A DNA stretch of 64,000 nucleotides from Shigella phage SHSML-45: sequence record KX130863. One strand, written 5' to 3'. Below, one piece after another: positions 27,316-37,217 of this stretch. The notes beneath the pieces were generated by a model, which was not told the DNA's origin, ran no database searches, and was given only the letters and a program-made list of their open reading frames with translations. The position numbers and the translations under genes are program-made. Each line of letters opens with the position of its first letter. The stretch's first letter is position 1.

Positions 27316-30300
27316 TTATAACTGACAGCCTCCTGATGCACAGCCTACTGCTTCTTCACCAGCTCCACCACCATTTTCAGTATTAAAATTAGCATAATAC
27401 CAAGTTTTTATACCATACTTAACAGCGATCATGAAGTCACGAACTACTACTGGGCCTGGAATGATTTCATTCTCGAATTTAGAGTAGTCATAATACGACT
27501 GGAAGCTTGAAGACTGATTCAGGAACTTCTGGTAAACAGCATTCCACTTAATATACTCTACCCTATCAATGTCATAAGCCAGTTTATAGCTCATTAATGT
27601 ATCCCAATCAGTTGCACCTGGAGCAATTGCAATTACTTTATTCACTGCACTACCCTTGATAGATACGATCTTACGGGGCGGTTCGATAGAGTTAGTAACA
27701 CCTAGCAGTACAGAGGAACTTTCACCTGGCATCTGAGCAGTCAGAACAGAGTTGCGCATACCATATTTCAGAATATCTGCACGCAGAGATTCCCAATCCA
27801 TTTCTAGACCTACAGTTACCAGTTCATCAACAGTTTTCTTGTACGTGTCGATTACCAGAGTTCCTTGCGAAGGCTTAGTACGATTAAACCAGTCACATGC
27901 ACCTTGTTCTTTAGCCAGACGTACAGAGGCTTTATGTAGGAAGTAGGACAGCTTTTCAGCTTCACGGTGAATCCAGTTACGGGCTTCAACACCTTCGTAA
28001 GCCAAACCTTCTGCTGCCATTGCACCTGCTGCGTTCATCAGACCAATACCAACGTTACGACGTTTCTTAGCCGTGTACTCCATAGTTGGGAATGGGTAAT
28101 CCTGAATCTCGATGATTGTATCAACGAATTTCAGAAGAATGTAGCAAGTTTTCTCCCATTCAGCCAGAGATTCCATACGACCTAGTACAACACCACCTAA
28201 GTTACACAGAGATACTTCACCAATATCTTCTGGACGCATATCGTCTAACTGATCTTGGGTCTTATACAGCTCCATAATGTGATGGAATGGACGGGTTGGC
28301 TGAGTAATTTCAACACAAAGGTTGGTCATACGAATCGGGTCAAGGAAGTTACCATGACGGTTAGATTCACCAATGTGATGAGCATACATACGCCCTGTTT
28401 CCATACGGATACGTAACCAAGTATCTAGGATTTCTTTTGCAGAGATTCTAGGAGCTGCTGGAATTGTTTTTCCTTCGTGGTCGATCTTTGTAAGAGAAGC
28501 CACACGTTTCTCCGCTGCCACGTAGATTTCTTCAAACTTAGCCTCATCTTCGCCATAAAACGCTTCATGAACTTCTGGTGCGTAGAAGTATGACATTAGC
28601 GTAATATCTTCATTTTTCAGATAACGTTTTAACAAAAGATTGTTGAAGCTCAGAGAATAATCCATCTTATCGATTTTATTCTCGTCTGTAGCACGTTGTT
28701 GCTTAACCTGCATCAACTGGATGATTTCAGGGTCAAAGTAAGGATAGGATACAGTAGCAGAACCACCACGGCTATTACCACAGACTATGGTATGCCCGTT
28801 ACGGCGCACTACTAACTTATTGGTGGGTACTTCCACACAATAAACTTTACCAATATACTCAACTTCAGTTTCCTTGATACCCTCTGCTGTCATATCTAGT
28901 TGGTCAAAATAGACATAGCAACGGTCTTTAGTGCTTGTATTTGAGCGTAATCCAGCAATTGCTGCTAGAGCCTGCACCACATGTTGTTGCCCTGCGTGGC
29001 TTGAGTATTCTCCAACATTTTCGGATTTCCAGTACCCATCCCACTCCATGATTTCTTTCAATGCTTCTTTCGCAGCATTAGATGTTAAATCCTTCTCTAG
29101 CAGGAAAGATAAGTCTTTCGAATAGTATAGCTGCCCATGCCCAATATGAATGGTAGTTACACCTTGTTCATTTAGCTTCTTAGAATATTTAAGACCTAAA
29201 TCATCTAGGATATGTACTAAACGATCTACCTTGCGTTGCTTTTTAAATCCGAAACGATACGCTCTACCTGTATTTGTTTCTACGATTGAACCATCAGCCT
29301 GCAATGCAATACGGAAGCGGTCTAGCATGGTGATAGTATCAGTACCATTTGTTTTCTGCGCTGAACCAAAATCTAGTGCATGGGTTCTTTTTGGTTGCCA
29401 ATCTTCTGCTAGGATTTTCTGATACCCAGGTTTACGTTGGATATTCTTATTATTATACGATACTTGACGGTATACCATAGTATGGTTAGGGGTTACTAGA
29501 AGATCTACCCCTCTTTTCTCGAAACGTAACATTGTACCTTCGTAATCATACTCGAACACATTAAGAGGTAATACCCATTCTAACCCCCTACTATCAGTAA
29601 TCTGAGCGACTAACTCATCTCCAGTAAGTTCTGAGAATAACTTCCAACCATTCTTAGTTAAGACTTCAGTATCCTCGGAGTAGCACTGTTGGGTATTTGC
29701 CTTTACTGAGCGGTCAATGTGTCGATAATATGGCAGTTTTCCGGAATGCGGGAATGCCCCATTTCGCACCGGATCAGCAATTGATCGGCTTTCAAGATGA
29801 TACCCGATTCCCGCTCTGGCTGCGACCATTTTGAAGACGATGTGCTCGGCTGTGTCGATTGAATCCAACGTGTCAGTGGAATCCACGAGGCAGCAACTAG
29901 CAAATCCACGGTCACTAGAACGCAAACCAACCAGTGGCGGCGTAGGAACGTTGATTTTGTGGAGCGACATTGCATTGTAGAGATCGATTGCATCTAGAAT
30001 TGTCCAGTTGGGTTGAGATAACATCGCCATTGCCATGCCCATATAGGCAAATTGCGGGGTTTCGTAAATTTCACCAGTGGCTATATTACGACGGGAATAT
30101 TTATCAAAGAACTGTTTCAGTCCACCACTAGTAAAAAGACGGTCACGATCGTGGTCTATAACCTGATTCAGAGCTTCAAATTGCTCATCGGTAATCCATG
30201 CACTCATGTCTTCCCATGCACCTACACTAACCATATGATCGTGGAAGAAGCGTAGAGAAGGTGGTTCGAAGGAATCATAAAGGCGTTTACGCATCTGCGC

Positions 30301-30618
30301 AAGACGTAATTCCTTTGCTGGCACGTCGTATGCTGGATTATCTTTAATAAGACTTTCGGCAGCTTTAATTAACGCATCCATCAGAGTATCGGAATCTACA
30401 ACCCCTTTAGGCAGAGTTTTTTGAGCAGCCATAGTAATGGCTGACCAACTTACATCAACTGTTTTGCAGCCATACTCTGCCCAACCATTGAGTTTTTCAG
30501 GAGCAAAGTCTTCTACAGTACCGTCACGTTTAATTACTTTTTCAATGCGATGGCTCATTTGGTTTTCCTTTTTATAGTTATCAGGATTTAGGAAATAGTT
30601 TACTTTATTCTCAGTCAT
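27316..30618 (-). CDS. nrdA: ribonucleotide reductase large subunit (class Ia NrdA) containing an intein
   Basis: Aligns by eye to E. coli NrdA over its length except for a ~304-aa insertion; product 1100 aa against ~760 expected; real start may be the second Met (MSHRIEK). Confidence 0.85.
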   Translation of the reverse strand: MTENKVNYFLNPDNYKKENQMSHRIEKVIKRDGTVEDFAPEKLNGWAEYGCKTVDVSWSAITMAAQKTLPKGVVDSDTLMDALIKAAESLIKDNPAYDVPAKELRLAQMRKRLYDSFEPPSLRFFHDHMVSVGAWEDMSAWITDEQFEALNQVIDHDRDRLFTSGGLKQFFDKYSRRNIATGEIYETPQFAYMGMAMAMLSQPNWTILDAIDLYNAMSLHKINVPTPPLVGLRSSDRGFASCCLVDSTDTLDSIDTAEHIVFKMVAARAGIGYHLESRSIADPVRNGAFPHSGKLPYYRHIDRSVKANTQQCYSEDTEVLTKNGWKLFSELTGDELVAQITDSRGLEWVLPLNVFEYDYEGTMLRFEKRGVDLLVTPNHTMVYRQVSYNNKNIQRKPGYQKILAEDWQPKRTHALDFGSAQKTNGTDTITMLDRFRIALQADGSIVETNTGRAYRFGFKKQRKVDRLVHILDDLGLKYSKKLNEQGVTTIHIGHGQLYYSKDLSFLLEKDLTSNAAKEALKEIMEWDGYWKSENVGEYSSHAGQQHVVQALAAIAGLRSNTSTKDRCYVYFDQLDMTAEGIKETEVEYIGKVYCVEVPTNKLVVRRNGHTIVCGNSRGGSATVSYPYFDPEIIQLMQVKQQRATDENKIDKMDYSLSFNNLLLKRYLKNEDITLMSYFYAPEVHEAFYGEDEAKFEEIYVAAEKRVASLTKIDHEGKTIPAAPRISAKEILDTWLRIRMETGRMYAHHIGESNRHGNFLDPIRMTNLCVEITQPTRPFHHIMELYKTQDQLDDMRPEDIGEVSLCNLGGVVLGRMESLAEWEKTCYILLKFVDTIIEIQDYPFPTMEYTAKKRRNVGIGLMNAAGAMAAEGLAYEGVEARNWIHREAEKLSYFLHKASVRLAKEQGACDWFNRTKPSQGTLVIDTYKKTVDELVTVGLEMDWESLRADILKYGMRNSVLTAQMPGESSSVLLGVTNSIEPPRKIVSIKGSAVNKVIAIAPGATDWDTLMSYKLAYDIDRVEYIKWNAVYQKFLNQSSSFQSYYDYSKFENEIIPGPVVVRDFMIAVKYGIKTWYYANFNTENGGGAGEEAVGCASGGCQL
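28774..29685 (-). mobile_element. intein in nrdA (aa 312-615) with LAGLIDADG-like endonuclease region
   Basis: Insertion begins CYSEDTEVLTKNGW (Cys1 plus block A-like) and ends VYCVEVPTNKLVVRRNGHTIVCGN followed by Ser+1; internal LQADGSIVE motif; flanking exteins align to NrdA ...VK/SRGGSATV. Confidence 0.65.
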
Positions 30619-30900
30619 TTGGCAAATAAAATTTCTGATAGAAAAGGCCCGAGTATTTTCATACCCAGGCCTCCTGTGTTGTCAGTCTAGTTTTTGGCCA
30701 CTTAAGTTCTCAGCAGAATATCTATTGAGGTACTTAGTTCATTATAATTGAAGGGCCGATTTGGATTTGAGGTTACAATTTTCCACGCTAGGGTAGTCTT
30801 AGGACTTTCTTCCCCTTCCTTACGTGTAATCATATTAGCAGCACTCAGTGAAGTACGATGTATTTTAGTTTTACGGTGTAGATGTACGACGTTTCCCATA

Positions 30901-31662
30901 TTACACCTTCCCCATGTCTTTAAAAATATCGTAGAATGCTTTAGACTCAGCAGAACGAACGTTATCAATCAATTCGATCATAGAGAAAGGAGAGTTTTCA
31001 TACTTCTCATAGACTTCCATAAGAAGTGCTAGACCTGAGTCACCTTTAATGTCTTTCTGAGCTATATCCCCGCAGATAATTAAACGGCAGTCTTGTCCTA
31101 CACGAGTTAGGAGACAAACCATTGCCTCAACGGAAATATTCTGAGCTTCATCGACAATTACATAGGAGTTGTTGAAAGTTCTGCCACGAGCATGTTCTAT
31201 AGCCAAAAATTTAATTTTCTGACGTTCGACATATCCCTTATAGGCATGATCACCGATGGCCCATTTCATACCATCAGCTATTGGCTCTAACCAAGGCTCT
31301 AGCTTTTCTGCTAGATCACCAGGAAGCATACCAAGAGACTTACCTAGAGGTTCATTAGGACGTACGAGGATCACTTGCTCAATATCTGAGTGAATGTCTA
31401 CGAGTTCCTGAGCTGCAAGAACAGACGGGATAAAGGTTTTACCAGTACCCGGCTCACCGATACCCACAGTCACTGTGTTGTTCTTGATCATATTAATATA
31501 TGATTTTTGCTCTCGGTTTTTACCTACTAGGGATTTAGCAACTGGGTTAGCGTAATCATTAGAAAAATCAGCCTGAATTACGTTACTCCCATATTTGTTG
31601 CCACGCTTTCTTGAACCATTGCGGTTCTCTCTTTTTTGACGTGCTTTTCCCATAAATAACAC
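30901..31662 (-). CDS. phoH: PhoH-like ATPase
   Basis: Walker A GIGEPGTGKTF and Walker B region LIICGDIAQKD. Confidence 0.8.
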   Translation of the reverse strand: MLFMGKARQKRENRNGSRKRGNKYGSNVIQADFSNDYANPVAKSLVGKNREQKSYINMIKNNTVTVGIGEPGTGKTFIPSVLAAQELVDIHSDIEQVILVRPNEPLGKSLGMLPGDLAEKLEPWLEPIADGMKWAIGDHAYKGYVERQKIKFLAIEHARGRTFNNSYVIVDEAQNISVEAMVCLLTRVGQDCRLIICGDIAQKDIKGDSGLALLMEVYEKYENSPFSMIELIDNVRSAESKAFYDIFKDMGKV

Positions 31663-31867
31663 TCCTATAGTGTACTTCGCTTCTAACAGAGGATCAACAA
31701 AGAGATCTTGTTTATCAACTTACAAATATATTATAACAAGGTTTACAGCAAAAAGCAAGTATAATTTTAAATAAACCTATGATATTGCTTTTAAGTAAAA
31801 AATTTACTTGCTTATAAAGGTAGAAATATGATACTAGATAATCATTTATTTATATGCGAAATATTAC

Positions 31868-31896
31868 AGTATTAGATGGCGAAAGAAAATTTTAAT
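31868..31896 (+). promoter_or_regulatory. sigma70 consensus promoter (TTGACA-17-TATAAT)
   Basis: ttgaca 31868-31873, 17-bp spacer, tataat 31891-31896; first plus-strand promoter after the strand switch. Confidence 0.6.
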
Positions 31897-31952
31897 TGAC
31901 ATAGTGGATAATGTTTAGTATAATAGGTGTAAAAATTCTGTGGAGAAGTGGA

Positions 31953-32816
31953 ATGCCGAAAAAATTAACTCAAGAAGAAGTAGATAAATGCCTAGCCGAG
32001 CGTGGTTTTACTATGGTGGATAAGCCATATCAAAATTCTAGGTATAGGCATACGTATCAGTGTGAATACGGTCACCAATGGACAGCTAAATTTGACGCTA
32101 TTAGGAATGGAAAGACCAATTGTCCTACTTGCTCTATTAGTAGCCGTAAACTAGATATTGATAAAATTAATACTATATTACAGGACAGAGGTATTACATT
32201 GTTGAACGGCTATAAAAATAGTGCCGATATAAATACTAAATTTAGGTGTGTTTGTGGTCATGAGTGGGCTACTACACTTAATAGTATAATTAATAGAGGT
32301 AGTGGCTGCCCATCTTGTGCTGCTAATAAACAGAAACTTAGTGTTAATACTATAAATGATCGTCTTGCTGCCAGAAATATCAGAATAGTGGGTGAGTATA
32401 GTAATGCGAATACTAAGACCGCCTTTCTTTGTGGTGCAGGGCATAGGTGGGAAGCTACTCCAGGGTCTGTATTAAGGGGGAACGGTTGTCCTTACTGTAG
32501 TTATAGAGATTTAGAAAGTACTAGGATATATGTTATGTATAGCCCCTCACATGGGGTTAAAATAGGTAGGTCTAACAATCCAGAGCGTAGACTTCTACAT
32601 ATTAGATCTAGTAGCCACCTTATTGATTTGGAAATAATTAAAGTATTTGAAATTGGGGAATATAGTAGTGCAGTTCGAATAGAAAAATTAGCCCATAACT
32701 ACTTTAAAGAGCAGAATTGCCAGTACAAAGATTTTGACGGCGCTACGGAATTCTTCAATATTGAACCAAAAGTAGCTATAAAGTTTATCGAGGAAATAAT
32801 CAATGACAGAGAATGA
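31953..32816 (+). CDS. Zn-ribbon repeat protein with GIY-YIG-like (T5orf172-type) domain
   Basis: Four CxxC...CPxC repeats then YVMYSPSHGVKIGRS; start moved to MPKK (GGAG SD) because the ORF-track start overlaps the promoter. Confidence 0.5.
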   Translation: MPKKLTQEEVDKCLAERGFTMVDKPYQNSRYRHTYQCEYGHQWTAKFDAIRNGKTNCPTCSISSRKLDIDKINTILQDRGITLLNGYKNSADINTKFRCVCGHEWATTLNSIINRGSGCPSCAANKQKLSVNTINDRLAARNIRIVGEYSNANTKTAFLCGAGHRWEATPGSVLRGNGCPYCSYRDLESTRIYVMYSPSHGVKIGRSNNPERRLLHIRSSSHLIDLEIIKVFEIGEYSSAVRIEKLAHNYFKEQNCQYKDFDGATEFFNIEPKVAIKFIEEIINDRE

Positions 32817-34629
32817 ATTAATTGAGAATTGCAAAGGTCTGCTCACTCTAACTGCGGATAAGGACTTACAGCATAATAATGCTAATAAGCCTAGTGAGAT
32901 GTTCCATACTCAAAGAGACTTATTGGCCGGAGAAATCAACAAATATTTAGTATCGCAGGAATTACCCAAACATCTATTAGACGCCCATAATCTAGGTAAG
33001 ATACACATTCATGATATGGATTACAGGGCGCAGGGGTACACTAACTGTTGCTTAGTAGACCTTGGTGGCATGCTGAAGAATGGTACTAAAATTGGTAATG
33101 CAAATATTGAAACTCCTAAATCCATAACTACTGCATGTGCAATCACTGCTCAGATTATTGCCCAAGTATCTGGTGCTCAGTATGGTGGCACCTCTATTGA
33201 TCGTATCGACGAGGTTCTAGCCCCGTATGTCAGAAAGTCTTACAATAAACATCTGGGTCGTGGGCTACGTTGGCTCAAGGATGAAAGAAAAGCTGCTGTG
33301 TATGCTACTGAGCTTACTGAAAAAGAGTGTTATGATGCATTCCAAGCTCTAGAGTATGAAACTAATTCATTATTTAACTCTAATGGGCAGACCCCTTTTG
33401 TTACGCATGGCTTTGGATTAGGTCAGGAGTGGGAGGAAAGGATGATTCAGAAAGCCATCCTCCAAAATCGTATTAAAGGTTTAGGTGCTGCTGAGTCAAC
33501 CCCTATCTTCCCTAAACTAGTATTCTCAGTTAAAGAAGGGTTAAATAAAAATCCAGGCGATCCTAACTACGATATAAAACAGCTAGCACTTGAGTGTTCT
33601 GCTACCCGTATGTACCCAGACTATTTAAGCTATGAGAAAGTTGTAGCTGTTACTGGTGATTTTAAAGCCCCTATGGGTTGTCGTAGCTTTTTATCTGCTA
33701 TCCCCTCCGGAGAAATTGCAGGGCGCAATAATTTAGGTGTAGTGTCTATTAATCTACCTATGGTTGCTGCTGAGGCAGATGGGGTTTTTGAAGATTTCTG
33801 GGATATTCTGGACAAATATGTGGATGAGGCTTTTGAAGCTCATGATTTTTTCTTGGATAGACTTAAGAAAGTGAAGGCTAAACAAGCCCCTATTCTTTAT
33901 ATGCACGGTGGTTTTGGTGTGCGTTTAGATGGGGAAGAGTATGTATGGCCTATTTTTGAGGGTAGATCTTCTGTATCTCTTGGATACATTGGGGTCTATG
34001 AGATGTGCCAAATAATGTTTAGTCTACCACAAACCCATAGGGATTGTATTGAATTTACAGAAGAAGTTCTTACTCACCTAAAAAATCGTTGCGAAGTTAA
34101 AGCTAATGAGACTAATCTTGGATTTAGCTTATACGCTACCCCTAGTGAGTCTCTATGTAATCGTTTTAATAAATTACTAGAACGTAGATTCCCAGAGTAT
34201 TCTTGGTTAACAGACAAAGGCTATCTTACTAATAGTCACCATTTGGACGTAAGAGAGAAGGTAGCCCCAGATACTAAATTTGAGTACGAAGCTCATTTTA
34301 CCAAAATAGCTAATGGTGGTAATATATCGTTTGTGGAATTACCACAAATGAAAAAATTCCATAAAGCTCTTGAATACGTAGTAGATAAGGGACTAGAGTG
34401 TAGCCATTATATCGGTGTTAATATACCGATTGACGAGTGTTTCAACTGTGGATATATGGGTGAATCTATTGCCTCTGAGCGTGGGTTTGTATGTCCAAGT
34501 TGTGGGTCTGAAGAAATAGAGGTTACACGTAGGGTTTGCGGGTACCTGGGATCCCCGGGCAGTAGGCCTTTCAATTCTGGGAAACAAAAAGAAGTGCTTG
34601 GTAGAGTAAAACACTTAAATCTTAAGTAA
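32803..34629 (+). CDS. nrdD: anaerobic ribonucleoside-triphosphate reductase (class III NrdD)
   Basis: 608 aa; C-terminal zinc ribbon CFNCGYMGE...CPSCGS and glycyl-radical motif TRRVCGYLGS. Confidence 0.85.
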   Translation: MTENELIENCKGLLTLTADKDLQHNNANKPSEMFHTQRDLLAGEINKYLVSQELPKHLLDAHNLGKIHIHDMDYRAQGYTNCCLVDLGGMLKNGTKIGNANIETPKSITTACAITAQIIAQVSGAQYGGTSIDRIDEVLAPYVRKSYNKHLGRGLRWLKDERKAAVYATELTEKECYDAFQALEYETNSLFNSNGQTPFVTHGFGLGQEWEERMIQKAILQNRIKGLGAAESTPIFPKLVFSVKEGLNKNPGDPNYDIKQLALECSATRMYPDYLSYEKVVAVTGDFKAPMGCRSFLSAIPSGEIAGRNNLGVVSINLPMVAAEADGVFEDFWDILDKYVDEAFEAHDFFLDRLKKVKAKQAPILYMHGGFGVRLDGEEYVWPIFEGRSSVSLGYIGVYEMCQIMFSLPQTHRDCIEFTEEVLTHLKNRCEVKANETNLGFSLYATPSESLCNRFNKLLERRFPEYSWLTDKGYLTNSHHLDVREKVAPDTKFEYEAHFTKIANGGNISFVELPQMKKFHKALEYVVDKGLECSHYIGVNIPIDECFNCGYMGESIASERGFVCPSCGSEEIEVTRRVCGYLGSPGSRPFNSGKQKEVLGRVKHLNLK

Positions 34630-34636
34630 GCTAATC

Positions 34637-34670
34637 AGCCAGGTTGCTAGTCGACCTGGCTTTTATTTTA
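34637..34670 (+). terminator. rho-independent terminator
   Basis: Stem agccaggt/acctggct followed by TTTTATTTTATTT. Confidence 0.55.
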
Positions 34671-34671
34671 T

Positions 34672-34700
34672 TTGCTTTCAGCTAAAAATATATGTATAAT
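34672..34700 (+). promoter_or_regulatory. early promoter (TTGCTT-17-TATAAT)
   Basis: ttgctt 34672-34677, tataat 34695-34700, then conserved ATAAATTTGAGAGGAG leader and ATG at 34729. Confidence 0.55.
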
Positions 34701-34728
34701 AGATTTATAAATTTGAGAGGAGAAAGCT

Positions 34729-35010
34729 ATGAGAGAGTTGCTTCCTAAAGTAGATGTCTCCCATCTTGGAGAGCCTAGTGAAGAACGTAAGGCTCTAGAT
34801 TGGTTGGGTGGATTTGATTATCGTCGTGTTGTTGCAACATGGAATGATAAGAAAGTTAAGAAGTTTCGGGTACATTATGTAGGTAAAGACAAGTGGCTCT
34901 GGATTGATTATGAAGAATCGAAGGGGTCTACTAAGGCTGTGAAAATTTATTGTATGTATGGGTATTATTATGCTCACTGTGACAAGAATGAATTTACAGT
35001 ACAGAACTAA
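34729..35010 (+). CDS. hypothetical protein (93 aa)
   Basis: ORF with promoter and SD. Confidence 0.45.
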   Translation: MRELLPKVDVSHLGEPSEERKALDWLGGFDYRRVVATWNDKKVKKFRVHYVGKDKWLWIDYEESKGSTKAVKIYCMYGYYYAHCDKNEFTVQN

Positions 35011-35019
35011 GGAACAAGA

Positions 35020-35223
35020 ATGAAAAACGTAAAACACCTTAAATATCGCTTAATTTACAACGGACGTATGGAAACAGAAGACCTAGCTCAATTAGCTATT
35101 AATTCTAATGAGGTCACGGTACGTGCGTTAGCTATTGAAAAGTTGCGGGCTTCTTATGAAAGTCGTATTATGGAACTAGAGGAGAAACTTTATGGCATTC
35201 TCGAAGCCGATGCTACCAGATAA
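35020..35223 (+). CDS. hypothetical protein (67 aa)
   Basis: ORF. Confidence 0.35.
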   Translation: MKNVKHLKYRLIYNGRMETEDLAQLAINSNEVTVRALAIEKLRASYESRIMELEEKLYGILEADATR

Positions 35224-35581
35224 GGGTTTAAACGCCGCTTTGGAAAACGCATTAATGCAGCACTGGTTCTCTGTCAGGAATGAGATGGAGAACGTTCAGA
35301 TTATGACCGGATTAGATCTTATCGATCGTTTTCTTGGTACAACGGATTTTACTGGTGGTGGGCTATCTAGGGGTAATTCTGTTCTTCGCTTCGTTGAAAA
35401 GCATAAGCTCAAACATTGGTGTGTGCTGGATGATGCTGGTGCTATGATGTATCAGTACCCAACGGTTATAGTCAACGGTAGAACTGGAATAAATCTTCAA
35501 GATTTAAGAGCTGTTAGCTATATGCTAGAATTTAGCCCAGATCTTGAAATGTGTAAATCCTTACAACAATTTAAGGTGTAA
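35192..35581 (+). CDS. hypothetical protein (129 aa)
   Basis: ORF. Confidence 0.4.
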   Translation: MAFSKPMLPDKGLNAALENALMQHWFSVRNEMENVQIMTGLDLIDRFLGTTDFTGGGLSRGNSVLRFVEKHKLKHWCVLDDAGAMMYQYPTVIVNGRTGINLQDLRAVSYMLEFSPDLEMCKSLQQFKV

Positions 35582-35583
35582 AT

Positions 35584-36012
35584 ATGTTCAATAATGTATT
35601 CTCTAAAGAAGCTAACCCAATTTTGGTTAACTTTTGGCGTACTCTCCCGGCTAGCCTGTATAATGAGGCTATTAATGCTCTGAAAATATGGTGTGAAAAT
35701 AATGAAATCTCCTTTGCTTTTAAAGATGATATTGATGAGGCCCCCTGTATTGGTTTAGTTGTGCAGGTAGAGGATGGTCTTGAAGAGATTGTGGGCTGGA
35801 AAGAGTTGGATGAAATGGGGTTGGTTTTTGCATTAAACTATAAGCTATTTATGCCCAATAAACACCGTATTGTTGTTAATTATAAAACCAGTGAATCTCC
35901 TGGTTTTCAAGTTAATGAACACTACGGTTGGTCTTACTCACCGGAAGAAGTAAATGATGGTATCCAAAAACTTCGTCGTTTTGGTTATCAAATTCCCGGT
36001 TTAACTGCCTAA
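35584..36012 (+). CDS. hypothetical protein, paralog A of a tandem pair
   Basis: Shares ...ELD(W/E)xELxxMGL(I/V)xALN(Y/F)xLF...P(D/E)...(F/I)(Y/Q)IPGL with 36022..36414. Confidence 0.45.
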   Translation: MFNNVFSKEANPILVNFWRTLPASLYNEAINALKIWCENNEISFAFKDDIDEAPCIGLVVQVEDGLEEIVGWKELDEMGLVFALNYKLFMPNKHRIVVNYKTSESPGFQVNEHYGWSYSPEEVNDGIQKLRRFGYQIPGLTA

Positions 36013-36021
36013 GGGGACACA

Positions 36022-36414
36022 ATGGAACAAGTATATTGGCGTCAGATTGATCCTAGTTTGGTGAATCGTGCGGAGAAGCTGCTACAACGTTGGTTGGGGG
36101 TAAGACAAGCCTCCTTCACTTTTCCAGAGCAGCAAATAGATGATCCCTGTGTTGATGTTTTCCTATCAGGCTACGCTAGGGAATGGGAATTGGATTGGAA
36201 TGAGTTGTCTGCTATGGGTTTAATTGTTGCCCTAAATTTCTCTTTGTTCCATCCACGTGGTTTGGCCATATGTCGTGTGCCTGATGACGGTTGTTCGCCC
36301 CATCTTTTACAGGTGGAAGATGATATTTGGGAGTACACTCCAGATATTCTCAAAGAAGCCAAAGAACAATTAAACCGTGTTGGAATTTATATTCCAGGCC
36401 TGAATGATGAATGA
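36022..36414 (+). CDS. hypothetical protein, paralog B of a tandem pair
   Basis: See paralog A; same length class (130 vs 142 aa). Confidence 0.45.
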   Translation: MEQVYWRQIDPSLVNRAEKLLQRWLGVRQASFTFPEQQIDDPCVDVFLSGYAREWELDWNELSAMGLIVALNFSLFHPRGLAICRVPDDGCSPHLLQVEDDIWEYTPDILKEAKEQLNRVGIYIPGLNDE

Positions 36415-36553
36415 TTTTTATTAGCTGAAATTTGTAATCCGGGCTATTAGTGCTCGGATTATTACATAATCTTTCCAGTCGATTGACAGTCAAAATAAAA
36501 TGTCGTTGACAATTTGGATGGATTATGTAATAATATATGTATTGGAGGTGAGG

Positions 36554-37006
36554 ATGTCATTCACACAGCAAGAACTTTTAGATAACTTCCGATATGAAGA
36601 TGGTAAGTTATTTAGAACTACAGGAAGAAATGCAGGGAAAGAATGTTGTGTTTCTACGGGTAACGGATATTATCGTATATCTCTAGGGAATAGGACTATG
36701 CTTCGGCATAGAGCAATATTTTTAATGCATCATGGATACTTACCTGATTTAGTAGATCATGTGAATACTATAAAAGGTGATGATCGTATTGAAAATCTTA
36801 GAGAGCAGACAGTGTCCGGTAATCTAAGAAATATCAAATATAAGAAAGGAATGCATGTTTACCCTTCTGGTAGTAAGAACTGGCAAGTAGTATTTACTAT
36901 TAACCGTAAACGTATAGTTAAAGGAACATATGACAACTATGAGGTTGCATGTTCTATGGCCAAGATGTTTAGAGGTCAATTATACGGTAGGGAATCAATC
37001 CAGTAA
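36554..37006 (+). CDS. HNH homing endonuclease
   Basis: RHRAIFLMHHGYLPDLVDHVNTIKGDDRIENLRE; start set at the Met after GGAGGTGAGG SD. Confidence 0.7.
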   Translation: MSFTQQELLDNFRYEDGKLFRTTGRNAGKECCVSTGNGYYRISLGNRTMLRHRAIFLMHHGYLPDLVDHVNTIKGDDRIENLREQTVSGNLRNIKYKKGMHVYPSGSKNWQVVFTINRKRIVKGTYDNYEVACSMAKMFRGQLYGRESIQ

Positions 37007-37015
37007 AATTTCATT

Positions 37016-37044
37016 TGCAAGGGAGTATTATTTTATAGTATAAT
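37016..37044 (+). promoter_or_regulatory. promoter copy 1 (TTGCAA-17-TATAAT) of a tandem pair
   Basis: ttgcaa 37016-37021, tataat 37039-37044, followed by 39-bp repeat copy 1. Confidence 0.5.
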
Positions 37045-37055
37045 ATTCCCATAAA

Positions 37056-37094
37056 TGAGAGACATTAGTAAAAATTGATTTTGCTAATTTTTCT
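37056..37094 (+). repeat. 39-bp direct repeat, copy 1
   Basis: tgagagacattagtaaaaattgattttgctaatttttct, identical to 37179-37217. Confidence 0.8.
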
Positions 37095-37136
37095 CTATGT
37101 TCAAAGACACTGGTAGCAGCCCCGGGAAAAATTTAC

Positions 37137-37165
37137 TTGCATGATGCCCAAAATCTTGATATAAT
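37137..37165 (+). promoter_or_regulatory. promoter copy 2 (TTGCAT-17-TATAAT)
   Basis: ttgcat 37137-37142, tataat 37160-37165, followed by repeat copy 2. Confidence 0.45.
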
Positions 37166-37178
37166 ATTTATATTGAAT

Positions 37179-37217
37179 TGAGAGACATTAGTAAAAATTG
37201 ATTTTGCTAATTTTTCT
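37179..37217 (+). repeat. 39-bp direct repeat, copy 2
   Basis: Identical to 37056-37094; period 123 bp. Confidence 0.8.

Noticed and set aside
27752-29993. Several 64-96-aa ORFs on both strands within nrdA
   Set aside because: Alternative-frame or antisense ORFs inside a gene whose main frame aligns end-to-end with NrdA plus the intein
31911-31952. ORF-track start at 31911 for the Zn-ribbon/GIY-YIG-like gene
   Set aside because: The -10 hexamer of the consensus promoter (31891-31896) would be only ~15 bp upstream; the Met at 31953 with a GGAG SD is more plausible
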